DNA of 64,000 nt from Mytilus edulis (Eukaryota). The position numbers and the translations under genes were made by a program. The DNA is taken from assembly GCF_963676685.1 (NCBI RefSeq), contig NC_092349.1, forward strand, positions 77,004,001-77,068,000, read 5' to 3'. Within the stretch, counting starts at the first letter, position 1; each line of letters opens with the position of its first letter. This document shows, piece by piece, positions 1 through 13,400 of this stretch. The notes under the pieces were generated by a model that saw only the letters and a list, made by a program, of their open reading frames with translations, made no database searches and was not told the DNA's origin.

Positions 1-429
1 CCCTTTGACAAAAATATAAAAATTTCAAAAAATTTGAACCAACCAATTTATCAGAAAAATTACACACAGGTTATATAGCAGTTTGACAAACACTAATTTT
101 GATCATTGATTAGCTTAAAATTCCCTTAACAACGCAACGTAATTAAAACATTTAGCTGATTTTACAGAGTTGTCTCCCTGTAGTGTTGGGTACCACCTCA
201 AGTCTTTTGAAATATATCCACTGAAGGACCAGATGGGGCATTTTTTTTTATATTCTATGATAAAGGCTGAAATTTAAAATCTATACGAAGGCCATATTTT
301 GCCAAGTGAACATTGTCATATATGGTACTGATAAAATAAAGAGTATACTGTTGACCAAACTCTTATAAACCTTTAACCATAAAGTCAGTATTTATTTCCA
401 AATAATATTATTTATAGAATTATTTTCTT

Positions 430-3400
430 TTAAACAGGATTAATATTACTGGTACCTACCTTCATATTAGCTGTATTTGACCACCAAGTCTTATTCCCAC
501 ACCATGAAAACATGCTACAGAAAGTATCTAAAAAGAAATTAATACATTTATTAATTTTACAAACTAATTTATATGTCAACCTGAAGATTACTTTACAAAT
601 TGTTCTGATGTACCAATAGTTTAACATTCACATATTTTGTAATATTTATATAAAAGATTGAAAAACAAACAAAAATAGTCAAAGGTTTATGATTTGAATT
701 CTGCACTCAACTACTTGAATAATGAAAATGAGTTGTCTCCCATTAAATAAACAAATCTTGCTGTTAATTAAACTAGTCTCCCCTTGAAAGTTAATTCCTA
801 TCTCAGGATTGTTAATTCCTATCTCAGGATTTATTCTTGTAATTGTAATAGAAGTTCTTGTTAATGTACCTGCTATCTCAAAATATTAAACTTGTAAATA
901 AATTCCTCAAAGATGTTTTTCATGCAGAAAATAAAGATGAATATATATGTACTTTTTAACAATTATACACATGTATTTCTAGAAAATGTATAGAAATTGT
1001 TTGACTTCAATAAACTTGCCTTCTCAATTTCATGGTTAAGCCTCAGACTTGGTTGAAGATTTTATTGACCATCTTCCTTTAAGCTGCTCTCCTGGCTGCC
1101 TGTCATCATTATCTTAATTGCAATCTTTCAGTTGTTGGTCCATTATTTATAGAAATAAATAAAAAATATCAGATGCACTCTCAATCACATATCTTGAAAA
1201 TTTCATCAAAATTCTACCCGTAATGACCCATGATTTCTCCCAAACTCAAAAACTATTATCTAGACCTCTGTTTACATTTTTTTTATTTACAGAACTCTGA
1301 ATAACAGTCAAGACATTTTTTTGTATTAGCTAGTATGCATCTGATATTAAAGCAAAAACAAATGTGAAAATCAAGTAAATAGTTATATATTCCCTACCAT
1401 GAGGAAATTTCAAAAATGAGGAGTTAAACAGGAATTTATTACCTCCCATTGCCAAAAAAAATCACCCATTGCTATATCTAACAAAAATACAAAATGGTAG
1501 AGCTATAATTAAAAATAAATAATTTGATATAAAATATTCAAACATTTACAAAAAATATTTAGCACCTTGGTGGTACTCTCCCATTACTCTGACTTTCTCA
1601 ACCATTAAAAACAGATTTAATCAATATTGCTGAAGTGGTGAGTAACACTCAAAATCAATCAATCTTTTTTCACAAGGATGTTTCTTTACTATGATTATTT
1701 TGAAATAATTTGTTTGAGCTAAAAAACAATGCTAAAAATAACAAAACATTGGAAAAATATTTATATCATACAAATAAGAAAAATAAAAAAATACATTTTT
1801 ATTTTTATTTTTATTTTTTTTTTTTTTTAGATTCTCCATTCTTGACCTACTGGAAATGTTTTGAATACACATGGACCATTATTAAGATAGTCTCAAGTAG
1901 GTCTACAAGTTATATTGTAAAATTCTGAAGTATCAATTTATCATACAACTTCCAGTCTTGCTGAAAATAGAGAATCTTTACATTTTATTATTTTTTTTGT
2001 GATAAAAATTATAAACATTTTTTCAAACATACACAAAAATAGTCTGAATTACATTCTTTTTTGTTTCAGTTGTATTGCACAATAATTTCCTGCAGCCACA
2101 GTTGAAGTCACCTGAAAAAGAAATATGCATTCTAATATCTGTCAGAACTATATTCAATGCAAAGGAATCAGTAACTGGTTATTGCATTGATGATGCATAG
2201 AAAATTGATTTACTTTGTTTTAAAGTGATGTGTTGACATGAATTTACAAACAACCAGTCTTCTTTAGCAAACAAGGGATGACAAGTAGTTGGTTGTTGTC
2301 CAACATATTTATTATTTCATTGTTTCATCATAAATCTAGCTGTTGGTTTTCTTGTTTGAATTGTTTTACATTTTTTCATGTCGCCTACTTTCTGTTTCAT
2401 AGTTAATTGTAAAGTATATGTTTTGCTCATTGTTGTAGGCCATACAGTGACCAATAGTTGCTTACATCCATGTCATTTGGTCTCTCTGGGAGAGTTATTT
2501 CATTGACAATGATCTTCTTTACTTTATATATGGGGACAATTTTAGATTTTCTAAGTAACAGTATATTTTTTTATTTCCTTTATTTATCTTCATACCTCCT
2601 AATGTCCTCCTTCCAGATTATATATACGATTATAGTTTTAAGAAAAATTAAAGTATACTACTTCTCTGCATAATTAAAGTATAATACTTCTTAGCATAAT
2701 GAAGAACTAGGTTTGTACATGCTCTTTGCTGAATAATTCATTAATTTATGTACTGGTTCTTACCATAAAAGCCAGCTCCAATGCCCATTCCCAACTTCAA
2801 TCCTTACAGACAAGCTGTGAAGCTAATCTGAAATATAAAATGTTGTCATATTATTAATAAAATGGTTTAAAAGGATCACTTGTTACTGTATTGAAATTAA
2901 AAAGAAATGGGTTATATTCATGTACTAGATGTTGAGAACATATTGACTAGACAGCAATCCAACAACATAACAAACCAAATAATCATGTTAGATCCTTCAA
3001 TTTACACTATACATTGTATTTGTACTGATATCAAAAGAGAGGGTAGAAATATAAAATAGAAATTTAGTGTTTGATCATTTCAAGGCAAGGAAAAGAGAGG
3101 GTAGAATTAAATAACAGAAATTTAGTGTTTGATTATTTCAAGGCAAGGAAAGTTAAAAATGGATCTAATTATTTTTTTACATGTACTACATTTATCTTTT
3201 TTTTCTTTCTTCTTTTTGAAACTGTATACTGGTACCTACCTCTATATTAGCTGTATTAGACCACCAAGTCTTATTCCCACACCATGAAAACATATCACAG
3301 AAAGAACCTAAAATATAAAAATTGACAATTTATATACTTTACTATTTCCATCTCCCATACATTTACCAATATTGTTTGGATTTCTGACTACGTGTACACA

Positions 3401-4130
3401 GACGTATAACATCAATAACTGTAAAATCAATGTAAAAGATGAAAAATAAAAAAAAAGTCTTATAACTTATTGAATTTCAACTCCACAAAAATAATGGTTT
3501 AAACATACTTTATTGTTCATAAAGGTAAATCATCTGCACATTTTACAATGAGTTATCTCCCATTGAAAGGCAAAAAATAACATTTTACGTTACTAAAATC
3601 ACTTTCTCCACAGTAACTGCATTGTATGCTCTAAATAAACACTTTTTATCAAATAATGTATAGAATGTATAGAACTTGTTTGACTTAATTAAACTTGCCT
3701 TCTTATTTTCTTGGTAAAGCCTCAGACTTGGTTGAAGATTTATTTAACCATCTTCCTTGGAGCTGCTACCATGGTTACTTTTTCATGCTTTTCAACATAA
3801 TTCTTTGTGCTGGTCAGTTCACTGAATCCAATTTATGCACTTAACGAAATGTCCTTTCCATTGTATTTAATCAAGTGTACAATTGTCACAAGAATGTTCC
3901 AAAGCATCTCACAATATTTTCTTTTTCCATTCATGGCAGTTGAAGTAATTCTCAATGTAATATACAAATAATATTTTTAATTCATACATAAAATACAGTA
4001 AAAATACCAGGTGGGCTTTTAAATTGGTAACCTGTATTTTCTTTTATTTAGAGAGCTCTAAATAATAGCTATTTAATATTAGTTTGGAGACATCTGATAT
4101 GTAAAGACCTAAACAAAGAGGTAATAAAAA
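430..4130. repeat. Diverged ~2.7-kb-offset tandem duplication (~430-1400 vs ~3210-4130)
   Basis: Collinear shared blocks: exon 460-527 vs 3240-3307; aatgagtt(g/a)tctcccatt at ~728 vs ~3547; ~985-1090 vs ~3665-3770; gcatctgatat/acatctgatat at ~1337 vs ~4090. Confidence 0.8.
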
Positions 4131-5369
4131 AGAACAGAATAGTAATTGGCTAACACCTATAAATCACAAACATTTTCTAATGTTTTGGAGCATAGTTTAA
4201 TAAAAATATCCCTTCTTTTAAGTTTATCTTCATGCACATCATAAGCATGAAAATTATACTCCAAAAATTGATCATAGCCTGAAGTAGCTCAGTTGTGCAA
4301 ATTCATATTTTCCTTTAACAATGGAGAATGGTCTTTTAAATACTGAAATTTAAATAAGGTATATGGAATTTTAAAAGGTCAAAAATTGGTGATGACAATC
4401 AATCTTTTGCATGAGAGTTCTAAAGATATGAGTTCGAAACAAAAATTGTTCCCTTCTTAAAAAGATTTTAGATAAATAGCTCCCACTTCAAGAAAAATTA
4501 TAAAAATTATAAACATTTCAAACTGCAGTTAAGTTATAATTACACAAAACTGGTACTGTCTGTAAATTTTAATAAAAGTGGGGAAAATTCCTCAAACAAT
4601 TTATTACACAACTTCAACATGAGTGCAATCTTTCATTGAAGTTTTGATGGTACAAGAAACACTGAAAATATAAAATACAAATTTATTAAATGCAAAATAG
4701 TGGTATGAAGTAGAAAATCTTTTTGTTAGGACCAAATTTAGAAAGAAAAATCGTGAACTAAAGAAATGGTAAAAAAATGCTGATTCTTCAGAATAAAAAA
4801 ACAATTGTCCAAATTCAAATTGCATGTGATAATAATCATTAAATTTTAAACTTTAATAACTGAAGAAAAAAGTTCCAAAATTTACAATTCAAAAGAAACA
4901 TTTTTGTTCCCAAATCAAGTTTGATACATGTATCATATTAATTGCAGGTGATGTCAAAATTTTGTTTTTCATAAGACTGCTCCAAAAACCTCTGTTTGAT
5001 AAAAAAGGGAAATCACTGATATCTTGACATTAATAGAGATGGACTAGCACAAGGTAACTCTTGGAATGACTGGTTCCTTAAATGGAGGATAACAGTCAGA
5101 ACTAGCTCCAGTCAATACACAGACAGGAAACAGCTCTTTTTGGCCATTTGTAGAGGAAATAAATCCCATGTAATAACTAAATAGTTTTTTTCCATCTTCA
5201 AATGATAAAAAAGCAATTATTTAAACCCCCAGGGGTGGTTTAAGCCATTTCTAAAGAGAGGGGCTCCCACCCAGGATAAAAGGCAGGGTTCAAACTAGTT
5301 TATGTTCCGATTCAAATGCATTGATCATCAAAAAAATTGTAAGGGTTCCCCAGAACCCAGGGTCTCAGA

Positions 5370-7030
5370 TTCACTGTAGCAATCCCTAGTCTTTTTCTTA
5401 TCTTTTGATTGTAAGAAGCTTCTGTCCAAGTTTGGTAAAAATCCAGGATAGTTTATGAATCTAATAAATGTTTTAAAAGCTTTAACTTCAGATTGTATTT
5501 AAGGTTAACTAAGTCCATTTATAAGTAAAATACAGAAAAACAGGAACAAAGTATTAAACAATTTTCTTTCTAATACTAGCTTTTGATCGTAAACAAGCTT
5601 CTGTCCAAGTTTGTTACAAATTCAGAATATTTTAAGAAGTTATTAAAATTTTTAAAACTTTAACCACAGAGTGAATGTATTGTATTCTGGCATTTATAAG
5701 TAAAATATGGAAAAATTAATTTGTTTTATCTGTCGAAGTTTGGTAGAAATCCAGAATAGTTGTAGAAAGTTATTAAAATTTCAAAAACTTTAAGCAAAGA
5801 GTGAATATTTGTGATCGCCAACGACGCCGCCGCTGACAGAATATAGGATGGCTAGGTCTCACTTTTGGACAAAAAGTATTAATGGTATTTTACATTTACA
5901 GTTACATTAAGTGAAATTCCCAGTAAAATATATAATCAGCAAAATGTATAGTATTTTTTTTATTTGAATTAATTGTCTATAAATGATTCACTTATGATAA
6001 TTCTTATAACAATACTTCAGGGATTGCTGGAGTAACTTAATAAAGTGATAATTTGCACTTCACAAAAACACAATGTGAACAGGAGGAAAAATAATTGATA
6101 AAAAATAAAAGAAGGTAATAATGGGAGTCAAGTTTAAAAAGTATGTCAAATAAAATTTGTTGAATAGTGTTTAATCAAATTTTGCAGAGGTACATGCTTC
6201 CAATTGGCTTCGCTCAGAGTTACTGCCTCTAATTGGGACCACTCTGCCGGGGGTACTGCTTCTAATTAGCTTTAGCAGACAGAGGTATATATGTACTGCT
6301 TCCAATCAGCTTCGCAACAAGACAGAGGGTAGGTGCTCCCAAATAGCTTCACCATGAGGTACGTGCTTCCAATTGGCTTCGCTCAGACAAACATACTTCT
6401 TCCAGTGTTGAAATAGTACGATAAGCAAGTCTGTACTACATCCAGCATCGTAAATGGTACATAATTGCAAGTCAAATGTCGTCCAAATTTACAAAAACAT
6501 TTTATTTAACATTCTTGATCCAGTTAAAGTTCACATCTACCTTCACTCCCTATTTGTAATTTATTCTGATGGTGTCATTGTGAAATGCAAATTATCATTA
6601 CAGAATTCTGTACTCTCCTTTAGTTTCAATCCTGATATAGGACCCATAGGAACCAAAATATATCTTATTGATTCACTGTAGAAATCCCTAGTCTTTTTCT
6701 TATCATTTGATTGAAAGAAGCATCTGTTCAAGTTTGGTAAAAATCCAGAATAGTTTATGAATCTAATAAATGTTTAAAAAACCACAGACTGTATGTAATG
6801 TTAACTTGAAGAAAAACTAAGTCCATATATAAGTGAAAAACAGAAAAAATGGAATTTTATTTTTACAAAATTTACTTCTGGATACTATCTTATGATCATA
6901 AACAAGCTTTTGTCCAAACCTGGTACAAATCCAGGAGAATTTAAGTAAGTTATTAAAAATTTTAAAACTTTAACAAGAGTGAATGTAATGTTTCACAGGA
7001 GAAAAACTAAGTCCATATATAAGTAATAAA
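5370..7030. repeat. Two copies of a dispersed repeat (~5370-5870 and ~6670-7030)
   Basis: Shared ttcactgtag..atccctagtctttttcttatc and tgtccaagtttggtaaaaatccag subrepeats. Confidence 0.7.
6185..6390. repeat. Degenerate short tandem repeat (~30 bp)
   Basis: Recurrent gaggtac..tgcttccaattggcttcgc. Confidence 0.65.
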
Positions 7031-10000
7031 AAGTCAAAGGCTTATATACAACATTTGAGGCTTAATAATGAAACTTGATTTCAAGTATGTTGCAAGCAAA
7101 AAGTGAATACTGCGGATTCGTTATTATTGACAGTTTTTTATTTTTTATTCATGTGAACCACAAATTTTAGTTTTTCACAAGATTATTTTTTGGGGATTTG
7201 TATGAAGAATTTGTAAAATGTCTGAATGAAAGCATATTATTGGGGATTAGAGTTGTAAAATTAACCCAAGAATGAGATATCCGCCGCAAAACAGATTTTA
7301 CTACCATATAACACTAGGGGTGATTATTTAAATAACTCTGGGAAATGATGATAGTTTTAGATAACTCAGAATGAAGTTTGTTTTTTGTTGGTTTTTTTTA
7401 GGGGGGGGGGGGGGGGGGGTGTAACTCCGGGTTTGAAATGATTTAATTAATTTTTCCTCCCATTTGGTTAAAGATTTAAGTGATTTTTATAGATAAGAGA
7501 TGCATCCAATTAGATTATAATTTTAAAAGGGTTACTTTTACTTCACCATTACAAGTGCTTTAAAGAAACAGATACCCTGAAATAATTTTGTTGACACTCA
7601 AGTAAATAACATTTGGGACATTTTTCAACAATACTGTATTTGAATTCAATCTAAGATACGAATATATATTTAATTTTTTGGTTTCCAATACATCATAATA
7701 TGTCAAATATAATTTATAATTTGATTTAAGACATTTAATTGCTTTTGACATTGTTTTGAAAATTATACATTTTTTTTTTACAGATTTAATGTCCAAATAG
7801 CTTTAAGATAAAAATCATATTTTTTTCAAATATTTAAATGACCAAACAAATATCAAATACTTTCATTTCAGAATTACATATAAAGATTCCCTTGAAAGCA
7901 GAACACCATATCCTGAACACTTGAAAACCATAACACCATTCAAAGAACCAATGAAAAAACAATAGAAACAGCCAGACCCTACTGCAAGCTACAGCAAAAA
8001 GAAACTGTTAGTAAGAGACGCAGCGCTCCAAGTTCAATGTATTTCTGAAATGATAATTTGATATTTGTTTTTTTGTCTTCAAAAACAACTTTCAAGATGA
8101 ACATTAATGTTCAGCAATGAAACTTTAAATGCAGATGACTATGACCTAAATTTAGTTTCAAGTACAAATGTACTATGTTATTCTCCAATTTGACAATCAA
8201 GATGTATTGAAAACAGTAAAAAAAAAGTTAGGGAAATTGTTTAATTATAAATCTGAAATTTCAGTTTTATCTTTTTGAACTAGTGTACCACAAAAAAACT
8301 GCATGAATATTTTGGCCAACCCAATTTCAACCACCCAAAAGCACTGACAATGCAAAAAAGACAATGTTTTAAAATGTTTTATTAATATTTGTTGATCATT
8401 GGACCCACATACCTTAAATGTTTTACAACTTAATAAACCTCATCCAAAGTTATTTCAACTATCACCATTTCTGCATGGGTCAATTTGACAAAAAGTTAAC
8501 AAATTTAATAAGTGCATGGGCAATTCACTCTGGGTTAATCTCCAACCTCTTTTTTAGCTTCACATGTTGTTGAATATTAAAGTATGCCAAATTGAACTAC
8601 TGAAATTGATGGGCAAATCATTTAACTGCATTCCAGAAGAAAATTTTGTTCCATGGTTAAAAAACTGGGGATGCTTTTTGTTTATGTTGTAACCAAATCA
8701 AATCAATTTTCTTTCTGCGTTTTCCATTTAATTTCCAGTTTTTATAGTACTTTCTAATTTGTATCTATACATCACTATTAAATGGCCCATTTTTCCAGTC
8801 AAAATTCTAACTACGGCATGATGCATCGTTCTCATGAAATGCTTAATAAAAAAACTGTCATTTACGTATGCAAACTGAATATGTTCTTAAAGAAAATACT
8901 TTTTGGGAAGTTTTAAATATGAATTTTTAATGAAAATTATTCAAGAATCCCCTTGACAAGAATGTAATAAGTACCACTTGTATTTATATCGGCATATTTA
9001 TCTCAATATTTTTTTAAATATGAGAATAAAGAAGAAGGTGTTATGTACTTGGCTATTATTAATCAAATGATCATTTGGCTTCTGTAATTAATAACATGAG
9101 GAAAACTTTTATAATTAAAAATGGCTCATCATAATCCAGAAACATTGTTAAAAATTTTGATGGTGAATATTTGTGATAATCATAAATGATTTTGTTTTAT
9201 ATATAAATTTTAACTAATTTTTGAAATTCAGAATCAAATTCAATCACATTTTCCCAATTACTAAATGCTTCTACTATAAAATAGTGGAGGAGGCTTTTTC
9301 ACCTGGGCAAACTGATTTCAATTCAGATAGCATCACATTTAAGCAGTATATATTAATAATAAAATACCCTAGGTTTAATAATGTACCCCCTCAACTTTCC
9401 CAAGAGTAAAATATACATGAATTTTGATCTTGGCATAGTGTACCTAAATTTTACTTCACAAATTTAGAGCGAAATTGCATCACTTAGTTGAAATACCATA
9501 TTGTATCGAAACCCTCATTTCATACAAGTTACCTCCCCTTCTAATTTAGTGAATTTTTATTTCACTACTCAGTGGCGAATCCAGAAGTTTTCATGAGGGG
9601 GCCCGCTCCAGTCATGCTACAGTGATTCTTTATATAATCTTCCCACAAAAGGGGGGGGGGGGGCAAAGGCTCCCTGGATCCACCTATGAGACTGTCATTC
9701 AAGATATCAGTGTTTTCATGTAAATCCGAGTCATTATTAGCTATTTTACCTTATATTTTCTGTAAAAAAAGATAAATTATTAAATTTTGGAACAGTTCAA
9801 TTGTAAAAATTCATAGAAGCTTATCTTAATTTACTCCAAAAAATATAGAAATTTGTTATTTATAATCTTTTATTTAACACATTTATTATTGGGTTATGCA
9901 TGAAAAAGGTTTGAACATTTCTTTTTTCATTCGTTGATTAAAGAAAATTACATTTCCAATTTTTTTTTCTATTCAAGAAATTATTTACTTATTATATTAA

Positions 10001-10149
10001 GTAAAACATTTTGAAGAAAGAGATGAAAAAACACATAAAATATTCATGTTGCATTTTGACAATTTTTGATAGAAAAAATGGAGCAAAGAATGAATAAAAC
10101 TTAAACAATTAGTAAATAAGTTAACATATCAAATATTTGATACCATTCT

Positions 10150-10485
10150 GTGGTGCCTGAGATCACCCTGTTTTTTTTGTTTTGGTTGGTGCTTGGTGTC
10201 TGAGATAATTCCTGGTCTTTGGTAAGGTTGGTGTGTTGTGTCTGAAATCAACCCTGGTCTTTGGAAGGGTTGGTGCTTGGTGCCTGAGATAATCCCTGGC
10301 TCTCAAGTTTGGTTGGTGCATGGTGCCTGAAAACCTCTTAGGTCTTTGGTTGGGTTGGTGCTCTTTGCCCTAGTTCATGCCTGTTCTTTGTTTTGGTTAG
10401 TGCTTGGTGCTGGAGATCATCCCTGGTCTTTGGTTGGATTGGTGCTTGATGCCTGAGAACCTCTTGGGTCTTTGGTTGGATTGTT
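10150..10485. repeat. Degenerate ~37-bp tandem repeat
   Basis: Recurrent ggtgcctgaga(t/a)...ccctggtctttggttggg/ttggtgctt, ~9 copies. Confidence 0.8.
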
Positions 10486-13400
10486 GCTGTACAATATTTT
10501 GTTATCAGTGTAGACAATTTTCTGTCATTTCTTATGGTTATGTGTTGTCTTATCTTTTTTCACCACATGGTTTAATATCGGCCCTTTGGTATATTCCTTT
10601 TTTGTGTATCTCTTGTTTATCATTGTACCCGACTGTTTGAATTTTTAGGATAATTGTAGAAATGCTATTAGCGATATGCTATTCCTAGATGTTCCAGGAC
10701 ATGAATAACTTCTTGATTACACGATGTGCTGCTTCATTTAAAAAAGGTGAAAGTAAGATGTCTCATGTGTTAAATTTTGTGAGGTCACTGGAATACTTCT
10801 TGTGTTCCAGGGTGTTCTGTCTCAAATAACACCAGTTAAGACTTTTATTGATTTTGTTCTGTGGGTTTTCTCTCATTGACAAAAATACACAAAAAGACAG
10901 AAATAATAAATACCGTATACCTATACATCTTTGTAAGAACTCTGAAATGGATATGAAGAAAAAAGATTAGTAATTTGTCACTTCCATCACTGAAATGGAC
11001 ATACAGAAATTTATATGCCACTTTTCTTCATCTGTTACAACAGAGCCATACTCTAGGGTCTATGACTGAGGTTGCATCTACAACAAACAAAAATTGTAAA
11101 TTATTAGTGTTTGAGAACGTTGCATGACTGAAACATCCTCTCTGCTGCATCTGCAAAAAAATCTGTAGTGTTTTGGAGAACGTTGGTGTCACTTTCATCA
11201 AACGGGCCCTTTAACAAGCTCATGGTAGAGTGATCTTGTTACTATTGTATAGTGCTGCGGAAACTATGCGCTACCCTCCCTGGCCTAGTACAACGGAGTC
11301 TATTCAAGGTCTATGACTGTAACATCTCCCTGCTGCAATCTGCAAAATTCAAAATTATAAAATTAAACATCTGTTGGTGAACTCTAAAATGAAACATAAA
11401 TAAATATACAACATTACATACGGGCATATAAGAATAAAATCAATTGAATTTTATTCTATTTTCTTTAAAGTATAATTCAAAATTTAATTTAATTTTTTTT
11501 TTTAATTAACTTTTTTTACTTTATTTTTCCATGAAATTTAGCATTGTAACTGCTGTGAAAATACCAAAACTATTGCCATTTGGCTTAGTTAGTCTGTTTC
11601 TTATGTTACCTTTTCTGACATGGGACACAGACTTCTTTTTAAATGAGTTTCACTGTGTGAATTGTTTTTCTACGTTGGCTCCTAGAGGTATAGGTGCGGG
11701 TTGAGATCTCTCAAACCTGTTTAGTTAGCGACTGTATTTATGCACCTGTCTTTAGTTAGAACCCTCTGGCCTTTGCTAGTCTTGTATGTTTTTTTAATTT
11801 TAGTTCATTTATATGTTTTTGAGTTTAGTAATACATCCATTTTTACTGAACTAGTACACATTTTTGTGTAGGGCCTGCTGAAGCCTGCTTCCTGATGCTG
11901 AGTTTTCTGGTTGAGTTGAAGAGCCATTAGTGGACTACAGCTGTTTTCTGCTCTTTGGTTGGGTTGTTGTCTCTAACATTATTTTCAATTTTGTATAAGA
12001 CTCATATTTTTTGTTGGAAAAACCGGTCACCAAACCTGCATGTTGTGTGCGGTGGCTCCCTTGTTTCATTTTTTTAGTTTGACATTGTTCTTTTTTTTAT
12101 CTGACCAAGCTGAGCAACCATCTACTACAATGGTACCCATTAAATGTTGCATGCATACAGACCAAACTGAGGTTAAATTATAGTCTTGGAAAAAAATAAT
12201 AAATTAGCAATGTTTTTAGCTCATTTTTACAAAATTTAACTAAAGACTGCTTCCCGCTGGATTTCCCGTTTGAATGGTTTTACACTAGTTTTGGGGCCCT
12301 TTATAGCTTGTCGTTCAGTGTGAGCCACTTAGGCTCCATGTTGAAGGACGTTCATTGACCTATAATGGTTTACTTTTATAAATTGTTATTTGGATGGAGA
12401 GTTGTCTCATTGGCACTCACACCACATCTTCCTATATCTACTTGCTTATTGCAGGTCATTACTTCATTACTCCACTTTAATTTATGTTTATCAAAAATGA
12501 AGTGCTGTTATTTATTGTCTTTTTTATAGCAAATGCCTCTTAATGTATTTTTTCAAACTTTTAAAAAGTGAATGGAAGCTGACACAAATACACAAGATAA
12601 TTACCGGTAAGTAATTTTTTTTTAACAATTTCAAGCTCCTATGTGTATAACATATCAAACCTTAAGCTTAGCTTTACAAATTTGATGGATTCTTTAATGT
12701 TTTTTGAGAGGGTGTGACAATTAAGCTCCTTGTGAAAAAAGCATATTCTAGTATTGCACAAACCATAAGCCTTGCTATCATCAGTAAATTTGGTGAAAAT
12801 ATTAAAATCAAATCTTATTATCATGTAGAAAAAGTTATGCTGCACTTTGTTTAAACTCATTTATACTCTTCAGAAACTAAAAAAAAATCAGTCAAAGTCA
12901 ATCAAATGTTTAGCATTGACAATGCATTGAACATTTCAATAGAACTAACATACACAAGGTCTTGATGACTCAAGAGGTCACAGCCCATGAAACAACCAAC
13001 AATGACAAAATGCTTTCCATGACCTCAACCAAGTCATCACTAAGGCCATTCAACTTCAATAAACATTTTGTTTGTCTTAGTCAAAGTCAAAGTGCAGTGC
13101 TAGTGAAATAGTCTCAACAGAGTAGAAATGAGTAAAAAAAAATTAATATTAAATGTTTTTGAAGATATTTGAACATTTATAAAATGATATTTATTTCAAG
13201 ATGTAGGACACACATTGGACATTTTAGTGTGCTGATTTGGGTCTCCATGCTGTGGTATTTTGTTAGAAGAATGGCATCCTACATCTTAGCCTTGGAATTT
13301 ATTTTGGAAAATGAAAAAAAAAATCTTTTGTTGATGCAAGCAAGCAAAAGGCAATTTAATGTAAACAATTTCTGTATTTCTTTTATCTTAGTTATCAATT

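Noticed and set aside
2764-2827. Minus-strand exon-like block reading VCKD-TGA (apparent CxxU)
   Set aside because: The upstream exon has a TAG in the required frame, the downstream exon has stops in all frames, and I found no SECIS nearby; most likely chance.
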